Source of the DNA: Candidatus Methanophagales archaeon
GTDB taxonomy: Archaea; Halobacteriota; Syntropharchaeia; Alkanophagales; Methanospirareceae
Direction: 5' to 3'
Assembly (NCBI GenBank): GCA_025966525.1
Contig: JAPDIG010000004.1
Location: forward strand, 1 to 49,482
Length of the DNA stretch: 49,482 nucleotides
Shown here in pieces: positions 18,664 to 27,518 of the stretch (positions within the stretch are counted from its first letter, which is position 1; every line of letters begins with the position of its first letter). The notes below the pieces were generated by a model that was not told the DNA's origin, did no database searches, and was given only the letters and a program-made list of their open reading frames with translations. A program made the translations under genes and the position numbers.

Positions 18664-19965
18664 ATGCCTTTCTGGGATAAAAAAATTGAAACGCTGCCTC
18701 GCGATGAACTTGAGGAATTGCAGGTTAAGCGGCTGAAGGATACAGTTGCCCGATGCAGAAAATCCCGTTTCTACCGAAAACGTCTGAAGGACGTAGATGA
18801 ATCCCTGTTCACTTCGCCCATGGATGTATCCATCATCCCGTTCACCACAAAGGATGACCTGCGTGCTAATTATGACTTCGGTCTTGTAACCGTACCAAAG
18901 GAAGAAATCGTTCGTATGCATTCCTCTTCAGGCACCACCGGAAAGGCTACCGTCATCTTCCATACAAGGAAGGACATCGAGACCTGGTCTGACCTCGTTG
19001 CCCGATGCATTGTTATGACAGGGGCATGTAAGACGGACGTCTTCCAGAATATAATCAGCTACGGCATGTTTACCGGCGGTCTGGGACTCCATTACGGCGC
19101 TGAGAAGGTTGGTATGCTGATTATCCCTTCGGGTGTCGGCAATACTAAGCGTCAGATACAGTTGATGAAGGATTTCAATACAACGGTCTTCCATGCAACG
19201 CCTTCTTACATACTGTATGTTTCCGAAGTAATGGTTCACGAAGGCTTAGATCCGAAGGAGTTCGATTTGCGTATCGGTTTTGTAGGTGCTGAGCCTCATT
19301 CAGAGCAGACCAGACAGAGGATTGAAGACATATATGATATAAGTGTGTTTAATTCATACGGTATGTCCGAGCTTAACGGTCCGGGAGTAGCGTTTGAGTG
19401 TGAAGAAAAAAGCGGTATGCACCTCTGGGAAGACAGTTATCTTCTCGAAGTCGTGGACCCGAATACCGGAGAAGCGCTTGCCCCAGGCGAAGAAGGAGAG
19501 CTTGTTGTTACTACATTAAGCAGGGAAGCCATGCCCCTCCTCCGGTATCGGACCGGAGATCTTGCCAGAATCATTGATGATGGCGATAAATGCTCTTGTG
19601 GCAGGAGACATGTGCGGATTTCACGTATAAAAGGGCGATGTGATGATATGCTCATTGTTAAAGGTGTCAATCTCTATCCTAGCCAGATAGAGGATGTATT
19701 GATGCGTTTTCCCGAAGTCGCAACGAACTATCAAATCATTCTGGAGCGTGTGAGCAGTCTTGATTCATTGACTGTGAGGGTTGAATTGTATCCTAAAATG
19801 TTTAACGGTGACCTGAGGAAGCTGAAGAAACTTGAAGTTGATATTACTAAAAGTATCCAGGACGAGATTGCAGTAAGACCAAGAATAGAGTTTCTCGAGC
19901 CCGGAAGCTTGCCGAGGAGTGAAGGCAAGGCGGTGCGGGTTGTTGATACGAGGGGAGAGATTTAG
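18664..19965 (+). CDS. Phenylacetate-CoA ligase family (PaaK/F390-synthetase-like) acyl-CoA ligase
   Basis: HSSSGTTGK, YGMFTGGLG, YGMSE, RYRTGD and GRCDDM..KGVN motifs. True start is ATG 18664; the ORF-track extension overlaps the 5S gene. Confidence 0.9.
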   Translation: MPFWDKKIETLPRDELEELQVKRLKDTVARCRKSRFYRKRLKDVDESLFTSPMDVSIIPFTTKDDLRANYDFGLVTVPKEEIVRMHSSSGTTGKATVIFHTRKDIETWSDLVARCIVMTGACKTDVFQNIISYGMFTGGLGLHYGAEKVGMLIIPSGVGNTKRQIQLMKDFNTTVFHATPSYILYVSEVMVHEGLDPKEFDLRIGFVGAEPHSEQTRQRIEDIYDISVFNSYGMSELNGPGVAFECEEKSGMHLWEDSYLLEVVDPNTGEALAPGEEGELVVTTLSREAMPLLRYRTGDLARIIDDGDKCSCGRRHVRISRIKGRCDDMLIVKGVNLYPSQIEDVLMRFPEVATNYQIILERVSSLDSLTVRVELYPKMFNGDLRKLKKLEVDITKSIQDEIAVRPRIEFLEPGSLPRSEGKAVRVVDTRGEI

Positions 19966-19970
19966 TTTCT

Positions 19971-20465
19971 TTAACCCCACCTTTTATCAATGGCTCTTTT
20001 AAACAGGGTAGCGAAATGATAGAGCCTCTCTTCTATGTCTTTTTCTATTTCTCCTAAGTCTTGTCTTGCTTTCTCCACAACTTCATCGAAAACCTCTGGA
20101 TTACGTATGTCTTTACCCATTCCGTCATAGAAGATCAAAAGAGTTTTTAAATGGATTTCTGGATATTTTCTACGTCCAACATAATATGCTGTATATCTAA
20201 CCACTAAGCAATTAGAAGAAGGGTCGATGTTAATCACTTCTAAATTTTCGTAACCTCGTTTTTGGAGTTGTTTACTTAATTCTTCTTTATATTTCTGCCT
20301 AAAATATCTATCAGTTTTTATTTTTTCTATGATATCCTCTGTTAATTCAGACAGGTCATAATAGAGTTTACATTCTACTTTTACTCCTTTGTAAACTTCC
20401 TTAATTATTATCTCGTCTAATATTTCATTAAGTTGCATTTGCATCTTCCTCATCTGCTTTCCCAT
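19971..20465 (-). CDS. Hypothetical protein (about 160 aa)
   Basis: AT-rich ORF with protein-like composition that fills the gap. The upstream ORF extension is antisense to xseB and was discarded. Confidence 0.7.
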   Translation of the reverse strand: MGKQMRKMQMQLNEILDEIIIKEVYKGVKVECKLYYDLSELTEDIIEKIKTDRYFRQKYKEELSKQLQKRGYENLEVINIDPSSNCLVVRYTAYYVGRRKYPEIHLKTLLIFYDGMGKDIRNPEVFDEVVEKARQDLGEIEKDIEERLYHFATLFKRAIDKRWG

Positions 20466-20523
20466 ATATATATTATACCTTTTTACATAAGAGTTTTTAC
20501 GAACTAAAAAGGGATGAGGAAGC

Positions 20524-20766
20524 ATGGAAGAAAAAGAAGGAGAAGGAATAACGTTTGAGGAAGCGATGAAAAAGTTGGAGAGCATAGTAGAAACACTGGG
20601 AGAAGGAAATCTTCCCTTAGACGACTCACTGAAGATGTTCGAGGAGGGAATGGAGCTGTGCAAGTTTTGCAATAAGAAGTTAGACGAGGCGGAATATAAA
20701 GTGGAGAAGTTGATGGAGCGCGAAGGAGGGGAGATAAGCGTGGAGAAATTCGAGATGGAGGAGTGA
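20524..20766 (+). CDS. xseB: Exodeoxyribonuclease VII small subunit
   Basis: TFEEAMKKLESIVETL..GNLPLDDSLKMFEEGMEL..C.KKL..AE signature. Confidence 0.94.
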   Translation: MEEKEGEGITFEEAMKKLESIVETLGEGNLPLDDSLKMFEEGMELCKFCNKKLDEAEYKVEKLMEREGGEISVEKFEMEE

Positions 20767-20792
20767 GATTTGTAATTGCAAAAACGCGGTTT

Positions 20793-21680
20793 TTATACAT
20801 ATTCCACTTCACCATTAGAATATATCATTGCAGACGCTTTACGAGCTGCCCAGCACTGGAAATTTATCGCTACGGGCAAACTTGTTATGTGCGTATCTGC
20901 AGTTTCTATATGCAGGTCAAGCGCAGTTGTTTTTCCTCCTAAGCCCATAGGACCTATACCGGTGTTGTTCACCGTGTCGAGTAGTTTCGCCTCAATTCTC
21001 GCTATCCTCGCATCTTTGTGCCTCTTGCCTACGGGTCGAAGCAACGCCGCTTTTGCGAGACTCATCGCCATATCGGCTGAGCCACCTATACCAACACCAA
21101 TGATGGTAGGAGGGCAAGGTTTCCCGGCTGCGCGGAGCACCGCATCGAGAACAAAATCCGTTATCTCTTTTAATGCTTCTTCTTCTGGCTTAGGAGAGAG
21201 CATAGTAAAAGCACTTACGTTCTCTGAGCCACCGCCTTTTGGAAACGCGATTATCTTAAGTCCATCAATATCCACGATTTTATAATTTATATGCGGCATT
21301 CTATCACCTATGTTCGCTTCCCCGCCCTCTCTTGTTATTGCATTCACCACATTTGGACGCAAAGGGATTATTTTCGTTGCTTCTTTCACGCCCTCTCTTA
21401 TGCCGCTTTCGATTTCAGTAAGGTTAAAATTCACGTTTACGCTGCCACTTCCGAGCGTCACGTAAAAAAGTGGGATGCCCGTATCCTGACATAAGGGTCT
21501 TTGCATTTCCTCCGCAAGCTTTACATTTTCGAGCATCGCCTTCAACTGCACCTTTGCTATTTCATTCTCTTCGCACTCGTATGCACGAGCCAGCGCCTCT
21601 TTCACATCGCTCGGGAGTGTGGTTTCAGCCCTTCTTAAAATAGTTATCGTTACTTCCTTAATCAGTTCTTTCGTGATCAT
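20793..21680 (-). CDS. Class I fumarate hydratase / tartrate dehydratase alpha subunit
   Basis: PLCQDTG, PKGGGSEN, PCPP..GVGIGG, GIGPMGLGG and QCWAAR motifs. Confidence 0.92.
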   Translation of the reverse strand: MITKELIKEVTITILRRAETTLPSDVKEALARAYECEENEIAKVQLKAMLENVKLAEEMQRPLCQDTGIPLFYVTLGSGSVNVNFNLTEIESGIREGVKEATKIIPLRPNVVNAITREGGEANIGDRMPHINYKIVDIDGLKIIAFPKGGGSENVSAFTMLSPKPEEEALKEITDFVLDAVLRAAGKPCPPTIIGVGIGGSADMAMSLAKAALLRPVGKRHKDARIARIEAKLLDTVNNTGIGPMGLGGKTTALDLHIETADTHITSLPVAINFQCWAARKASAMIYSNGEVEYV

Positions 21681-21728
21681 TGTGAAGAATATTTGATGAT
21701 ACAACGTATTTCTATTAAGTAAAGGTTT

Positions 21729-22460
21729 ATGGAAATAAGAACAATCCTGGTGGAACCAAAGCTTGAAGAGAACATAGGAGCAGTCGCAAGGGTGCTAAAA
21801 AACTTCGGCTTCTCGGAGCTTTATTTAGTAAAACCACCGGATATAGGAGAAAAAGCGAAGGCTGTTGCTTCTCACGCTTACGATGTGCTAAGGGCATGCG
21901 AAAATGTAGATTCAGTAGAAGAAGCAATTACAAACTCTACCATTGTTGCTGGCACTACTTCCAAGTACGGCATTTCCGCTAACAAACATCTCAGAATGCC
22001 CTTTTTCTCGCCACGGCAATTAAAAGATAAAGTTAAAGGAATCGGAAAGAGTGGCATCTTGTCCATTCTGTTTGGCAGCGAGGATAGAGGGCTGAAGCGC
22101 GAAGAGCTTATGCTTTGTGACATGATTGTATGCATTCCCACGAGTCCCGGCTATCCGGTGATGAACCTCTCACATGCTGTTGCAGTGGTTCTGTACGAAC
22201 TAAGCGGAGTGGATATTGGAACGGCTGCCGAAACGGCAAAATTAGCGCGTGTAGAGGATAAAGAACGTTTGTTCATGCACTTGAAAACGTTTTTGGATGA
22301 GATTGACTATAAGGAGCACAAAAAGGATAAGACCTTGCTTATGCTCCGAAGGATTCTCGGTAGAGCGGAACTTACCGGAAGAGAAGCGCAAACGCTGAGA
22401 GGGATATTGAGGAAGGCGGAATGGAAGATTGGGACAAATAAAGGCAGAAGAATATCTTAG
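21729..22460 (+). CDS. TrmJ/LasT family SPOUT RNA methyltransferase
   Basis: LVEP..EENIGAVAR..KNFG, FGSEDRGL and YPVMNLSHAV motifs. Confidence 0.92.
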   Translation: MEIRTILVEPKLEENIGAVARVLKNFGFSELYLVKPPDIGEKAKAVASHAYDVLRACENVDSVEEAITNSTIVAGTTSKYGISANKHLRMPFFSPRQLKDKVKGIGKSGILSILFGSEDRGLKREELMLCDMIVCIPTSPGYPVMNLSHAVAVVLYELSGVDIGTAAETAKLARVEDKERLFMHLKTFLDEIDYKEHKKDKTLLMLRRILGRAELTGREAQTLRGILRKAEWKIGTNKGRRIS

Positions 22461-22471
22461 TGAAAAAGTTT

Positions 22472-22807
22472 TCACTCCACCTTAACTTTTTCCTTCTTCC
22501 CCTCTTCTTCCTTACCTTCGAGCTCCTCCTTATACTTCTCCAGAAGCCCTATCTCCTTCTCAACCACCTTATTTATCGCTTTTAACGCGCTTATTCTCAC
22601 TTCTATAAGGTCTGATGCGAGCTTCGAAGGTCCAGGAAGATAGTCCTCAAGAGATTCTGCTAAGCCTCCAACTACGTCAACCGCCACCCGTAGAGGAATA
22701 AGAGCAGTTCCAGCAAGAACCTTCACCGCCTTGACCAATTCTTCTTCCTTATCCTCTCTCATTTTCACTCCCAGCTTATCCGCGTCAATAATTCTTTTTC
22801 TTGTCAA
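22472..22807 (-). CDS. Small helical hypothetical protein coupled to the Get3/ArsA ATPase
   Basis: TTG start overlaps the ATPase stop (alternative ATG 22762 with GGGAGTGA RBS). Amphipathic helices; ends KKEKVKVE. Confidence 0.8.
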   Translation of the reverse strand: MTRKRIIDADKLGVKMREDKEEELVKAVKVLAGTALIPLRVAVDVVGGLAESLEDYLPGPSKLASDLIEVRISALKAINKVVEKEIGLLEKYKEELEGKEEEGKKEKVKVE

Positions 22808-23994
22808 TGAATGAAATATATGTGAAGTTCATCATTTAAAAGTTTCGCATGGTCCAACTTCATTATATGTGCGATGGTTGGGAGAGGAATGAAGTTTCTA
22901 ACTTCTCCTATATCCGTTGAAATAACCACTGAAAGGTCCTCTCCCGCTCTTTCCACCTCACACAGCTCTTTATACTTGCTTGCAAAGGGTAAGGGTAGGG
23001 GAACTACCACTTCTAAACCAAGATCCGACTCTGTTACTTTGATTGCCTTACCTACAAAGTAAACCCTGGCAGGGTCTTCATCCCTGAACAATTCATCCCC
23101 AAGCTCGGATAGAAGCTTCAAACCCTTTACTTCAGACTGAAACAGCCGCAGTCTTTTTACCGGCAGCGGATGAAATGCCGCTTCTGCTTCCGCTAAATAT
23201 TTCTCCTGCGCATCTTTCCACCCTTTGAAATAAGAATCGCGGACCTTTTCAGGAATCACCTTGTTCATGATCCCAAGGTCAACGTTTATGTCGTAGAGGT
23301 TTGCAAGTAGGTGCGTTCTTCTCAGGTTCTGTATGCTGAATGCATCGGGATTTGCAATCAACCTCAAACTTGTGACTTCCCGGTTTACTATTATGTTCTT
23401 AAGCCTTCCAAGAATCTCCAATAACTTGATGTCTTCACTTATAACTTCCTTGCTTGGCGTTGGAACGCCGACTATCGGCTCTACTACTTTAGCGATATTC
23501 GCAAGTGGTGCCATCATTTTAATCAGTTTCGCAGCAGTGGAACCGAGGAGAGAGGGTAGGTAGATATTTTTAAGCGCTTCTCCTGATGGCACGGTGTCAA
23601 GCACGATCACATCGTAGTTATTCGATTCGACAAACTCAACCACCTTTAACAGCGATACGAATTCAGTCATGTTTGGCAGTGCGGCTATTTCGTATGCCAG
23701 CACCTCATCCAGTCCTTTTGACTTGAAGAGAGACACAATGTATTCCTGTATAACACCGTATTTCTCTCTGACTTCTCTCAGTGGGTCCACCTGGATAGCC
23801 CACAGCTTATCTCTGTCCTCGATTTTTGTTGGGATATATTGAACCTGCATTTCAAATGCATCGGAAATCGTGTGCGCGGGGTCTGACGAAATAACCAGTG
23901 TCTCGTAGCCCAACTCAGACAGTTTTAAGGCGGTAGCACATGAGATAACCGATTTGCCGGACCCGCCTTTACCCGTGTAGAAGATAATACGCAT
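22804..23994 (-). CDS. Get3/TRC40/ArsA-family ATPase with probable C-terminal HSP20/alpha-crystallin-like domain
   Basis: GKGGSGKS, SSDPAHT, DTVPSGE and NKV motifs; about 80-aa beta-rich tail (EVVVPLPLPF..EVERAGEDLSV..RNFIPLP..AKLLNDELHIYF). Confidence 0.88.
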   Translation of the reverse strand: MRIIFYTGKGGSGKSVISCATALKLSELGYETLVISSDPAHTISDAFEMQVQYIPTKIEDRDKLWAIQVDPLREVREKYGVIQEYIVSLFKSKGLDEVLAYEIAALPNMTEFVSLLKVVEFVESNNYDVIVLDTVPSGEALKNIYLPSLLGSTAAKLIKMMAPLANIAKVVEPIVGVPTPSKEVISEDIKLLEILGRLKNIIVNREVTSLRLIANPDAFSIQNLRRTHLLANLYDINVDLGIMNKVIPEKVRDSYFKGWKDAQEKYLAEAEAAFHPLPVKRLRLFQSEVKGLKLLSELGDELFRDEDPARVYFVGKAIKVTESDLGLEVVVPLPLPFASKYKELCEVERAGEDLSVVISTDIGEVRNFIPLPTIAHIMKLDHAKLLNDELHIYFIH

Positions 23995-24016
23995 TTTTTT
24001 TTCGCCCTATGCAAGG

Positions 24017-24751
24017 TTAAGTTTTTATTTTTATTAAAAAATGCCGCAACTTTATAATCTTATAGAACATTGTGAGCCCATCCTTAAAAGCGTTCACTTT
24101 TGTTCCCGCACCTCCTTTGTCCTCCCACCTCACCGGGATTTCTTTTATTTTGTATGAGTTCCTTTGTGCTCGCACAAGCATTTCTGTATCCCAAAACCAG
24201 TGTTCATCTGTTATTTCGTTCAAAAGAGGGATTAAGGTTTCTTTCCGGAAGGACTTGAACCCGCATTGATGGTCGCTTATCTTAGACCGCAGGATTTTTC
24301 GCACGAGGAAATTAAAAACTTTGCTCAGCGCAGCTCGCTTAAAAGACCTCTTCACTTCGCTCCCTTTTAACATTCTCGAGCCGGTTGCGAAGTCGTAGTG
24401 CTCTTCTTTTATCGCGTTTATTAGCTCTTTTAAGTGTTTCATATCAGTGGAGAGGTCAACGTCGAGGTAAGCCAATATTTCACCGGTAGCGAGTTTAAAA
24501 GCGCGGCTAAGCGCTTTTCCTCTGCCTAATCGCTCTTCGCTGTGTATGTGCTTAACGAAAGAATTTTCAGCTTCTATTCTGCTTGCTATTTCAGCCGTGC
24601 CGTCTGTACTTCCGTCTTCTGCGATGATTATCTCAAAAGACGAAGCAAATTCAGCTAAAGCCTTTCTTGTCTGATTCACTGCATCCTCTATCCGTTCTGC
24701 TTCGTTATGCGCTGGAAGCACAACCGAGATTTCTATTTCTTCACCTCTCAT
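24017..24751 (-). CDS. GT2 dolichol-phosphate glycosyltransferase (DPG-synthase/AglD-like)
   Basis: VVLPAHNE, EDGSTDGT, YLDVDLS, DHQCGFK and WFWDTE motifs. Confidence 0.9.
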   Translation of the reverse strand: MRGEEIEISVVLPAHNEAERIEDAVNQTRKALAEFASSFEIIIAEDGSTDGTAEIASRIEAENSFVKHIHSEERLGRGKALSRAFKLATGEILAYLDVDLSTDMKHLKELINAIKEEHYDFATGSRMLKGSEVKRSFKRAALSKVFNFLVRKILRSKISDHQCGFKSFRKETLIPLLNEITDEHWFWDTEMLVRAQRNSYKIKEIPVRWEDKGGAGTKVNAFKDGLTMFYKIIKLRHFLIKIKT

Positions 24752-24793
24752 AAATTTTCTCTTCTGTGTTAATCCTGTGTAATCTCGTGTTTT

Positions 24794-25993
24794 CTATTGT
24801 TTTTTCCTTGCTGCTTCTTCCACGAGCTTTATCACTTCTTTTAGAGGCATTTTCAGCTCCGTCGCAACTCGCTTCGCATCCTCAAATTCCGCTGCCACGT
24901 TTAGCAAATTACCTTTTGCATCCCTACCTATTTTCACGCCTACTTCTTTTTCTATACCTTTTACAGCCACCTTCACCTTTCTCTGCTCTCTATTTGCAAT
25001 GAACCGGTGTTTTACTTGCATAACGCGAACGCCTAACGAGCCGGTCTCTTCCATTATTCGATGTGCTATTCGAGAGGTGTCCTGAGGAGCGATGATTACT
25101 TTGATAATGTGTCCGCTTCTGCCTTTTTTCATCTGCGCTGGCACGATGGACACATCTTTTGCACCTTCTGCCATGAGAACTTCTATCAGATTACCCAGCA
25201 CCTCACCGGTAACATTGTCAACATTTGTTTCCAGTACTTCCACCTCATCTCTTAGCAAGAATACCGATTCCTCGATTTCTCCTATGCTTGCTCTTAGCAC
25301 ATTAGGCGAGGGTAAGTCCTTTGACCCCGCACCATATCCCGTTTTTTCGATGCGCATCTGAGGTAAAAAGGGCTCAGAATGCTGAACAAAATGAGCAAAT
25401 ATCGCTGCACCTGTCGGCGTGAGGAGTTCAGTTGCAACAGGACCGCCTTGATATAACAAAGTACTATTTCTCAATATTTCTACCGTTGCAGGTGCAGGGA
25501 CCGGCAAAAGCCCATGCTCCGTGTCCACAAATCCACTGCCTACTGAAATTGGCGTGCTTATAATAGCATCAGCATGAATGTCCAAAAAAGCAATACTGCT
25601 CCCTACCAGATCGCCTATTGTGTCCAGAGCGCCTAATTCATGAAAAAATAAGCTCTCCTTCGGTTCTCCATGCACTTTCGACTCTGCATTCGCTATTCTT
25701 TCAAGTACGCTCAATGAGTTCTGTATTACCACTTTGCTCAATCCACTGCCTTCTATTGTGCTTATTATATCTTTGTATGACCCCACACTTTTCTTTCTTC
25801 TCGCATTCATACTCACGAATTCCACTTTTTTAGCTACTATCCCCCGCTTCTTCACTTCTTTTACTGCCAGCTCGAGGTCAAAATCAGAAATCGCATCTCT
25901 TATCTTCGATTCATCAGCACCCAAATCGAGTAGACTGCCGATGACCATGTCGCCAGAAGCGCCTGAGAAAGGTTCAAATACTAATGCTTTCAT
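24794..25993 (-). CDS. larC: Nickel-pincer cofactor nickel insertase LarC
   Basis: SGASGDM, FHELGALD, HGLLPVPAPAT, TPTGAA, ETNVDN, MKKGRSG, ETGSLGVR and EFED motifs. Confidence 0.94.
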   Translation of the reverse strand: MKALVFEPFSGASGDMVIGSLLDLGADESKIRDAISDFDLELAVKEVKKRGIVAKKVEFVSMNARRKKSVGSYKDIISTIEGSGLSKVVIQNSLSVLERIANAESKVHGEPKESLFFHELGALDTIGDLVGSSIAFLDIHADAIISTPISVGSGFVDTEHGLLPVPAPATVEILRNSTLLYQGGPVATELLTPTGAAIFAHFVQHSEPFLPQMRIEKTGYGAGSKDLPSPNVLRASIGEIEESVFLLRDEVEVLETNVDNVTGEVLGNLIEVLMAEGAKDVSIVPAQMKKGRSGHIIKVIIAPQDTSRIAHRIMEETGSLGVRVMQVKHRFIANREQRKVKVAVKGIEKEVGVKIGRDAKGNLLNVAAEFEDAKRVATELKMPLKEVIKLVEEAARKKQ

Positions 25994-26001
25994 CTTTGCA
26001 T

Positions 26002-27093
26002 TTACTTTGACCTGTACCTTAATATAGCGGCAACGCCGCCAAATGCACGTTTTAATTGTGCGCCTTCCTCAAAATCCGTTGATATGACTTCCACATCTGC
26101 TCCTATCTCCTCTGCCAGCTCCACCAAATCATGCATGACCTCAGTATTGAGCTCCTCAGAAAATAAAAGCGTGTCGACCGCGCCAATTTCCAATTTCCTT
26201 CTCACTTCTTCTTCTCCGTATGCAACCATTCTCTCGTCATTTGCCAATAGCTTCATGAACCGCTCCATGAGCCTCTTCTCACTCATCAAATCCATACCTT
26301 CCAGGACATCCTCTGCCTTGTCAATGAGCTCATAAAGTCCTGATTCATCTGTATAGGCGACATCAAAAGCGCCGAGAATCTTATTCTGCAACTCGTAATG
26401 CAAGTAAGACCCCTTAATAAAATCCTCTTTCGTTGGGCTTGGTCCTCCTATCAAGATGCCACGCATGTCCTTGATTTGAAGCAAAATTCGTGTTGCATGC
26501 TCGCCTATTCGCTTATAAAAATCTTCTGTTGCAATCTCACGCAACCTTTGAAATCTTGGTGCCGACTGCCCTCCTTTTCTTATCTTTCCAGGAACCGCGG
26601 AAGTCAAGTGCTTCATCGTCTCCACCACTTTCCCTGTTAAGATGCCTATGGTCGCTTCTCTTTTATCAAGCACGATTAAACCATACTTTTCATGCTCCTC
26701 CACCATCTCTTCCAGCGGCTGGAGGAAGAAGCTCGAATCGCAATGGTAGATGTAAGACAGTATCTTCTCCGGTGGCTCCAGGATGAAAGTTTCTATATCG
26801 GTCTTGTCTCCACCCTTCTCTACCGCACCACAGAATATAACCACACCATTTTCTCCTACCTGCACATACTTCAGCTTGGATAAAATGGAATCTAAGGAAC
26901 TTTGAACGTTGGTACGAGTGGATTTGCTTTTTATGTTCATCGCTTGTCCATATTCCTCTCTGAGATGAGAAGTAACATCAGATATTTGCTTATCTGGTGG
27001 AATATAAACTGATACCAGCTCTGTTCCTCTGCCCGTCTTCTTTCTCAGCTCTTCCAATACCTTCCTGAATTCATATTTTTTTATTCGTTCCAT
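26002..27093 (-). CDS. prf1: Peptide chain release factor aRF1
   Basis: GRGTELVSVY, NIKS, YHCD, KGGQS and FGGVAAILRY motifs. Confidence 0.96.
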   Translation of the reverse strand: MERIKKYEFRKVLEELRKKTGRGTELVSVYIPPDKQISDVTSHLREEYGQAMNIKSKSTRTNVQSSLDSILSKLKYVQVGENGVVIFCGAVEKGGDKTDIETFILEPPEKILSYIYHCDSSFFLQPLEEMVEEHEKYGLIVLDKREATIGILTGKVVETMKHLTSAVPGKIRKGGQSAPRFQRLREIATEDFYKRIGEHATRILLQIKDMRGILIGGPSPTKEDFIKGSYLHYELQNKILGAFDVAYTDESGLYELIDKAEDVLEGMDLMSEKRLMERFMKLLANDERMVAYGEEEVRRKLEIGAVDTLLFSEELNTEVMHDLVELAEEIGADVEVISTDFEEGAQLKRAFGGVAAILRYRSK

Positions 27094-27126
27094 GTTTCAT
27101 ATCCGTATTCGCTTTTCTCTTTGATG

Positions 27127-27148
27127 TCAAACTTTTTAAAAAGTTTGA
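27127..27148. repeat. Perfect 22-bp palindrome immediately 3' of tRNA-Gly
   Basis: TCAAACTTTTTAAAAAGTTTGA equals its own reverse complement. Confidence 0.9.
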
Positions 27149-27219
27149 TGCGGCAACCGGGATTCGAACCCGGGTTACAGGCTTGGGAAGCCCGTGTCCT
27201 ACCGCTAGACTATTGCCGC
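27149..27219 (-). tRNA. tRNA-Gly(CCC), no intron, CCA not encoded
   Basis: GCGGCAA/TTGCCGC acceptor stem, CGGGC-TTCCCAA-GCCTG anticodon arm, GTTCGAATC T-loop. Confidence 0.97.
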
Positions 27220-27516
27220 TTTCGCTTTTTTATACAGCATCCCAAACTCTTTAAATTCTAACGCCAGCGAAGCAGCAGCTGATTTCACCGCCTCTATCGG
27301 GTCTCCCTCCTTCATCTTTACGTACAAAACAGGGTTGCTCATCAGCGTATGTTTGATGTTATAGGTTGCAATGTAAACTTTTTCATTCTCTAACAGCTTT
27401 GATGTGAGAGGAGCTAAAAGTGTATGGTCTTCACCTTCTATCTCTATCTTTACCTCTTTCGCCTTCTTCTCCAGCACCTTTAGCTTCGCATTTACCCTTT
27501 CCATGCTCATACCCAC
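27205..27516 (-). CDS. rpoL: RNA polymerase subunit L (Rpo11)
   Basis: IEGEDHTL..L...L..NEKV..ATYNIKH.L motif; follows csl4 as in the conserved archaeal context. Start could be 27510. Confidence 0.93.
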   Translation of the reverse strand: MGMSMERVNAKLKVLEKKAKEVKIEIEGEDHTLLAPLTSKLLENEKVYIATYNIKHTLMSNPVLYVKMKEGDPIEAVKSAAASLALEFKEFGMLYKKAKAAIV

Positions 27517-27518
27517 AC

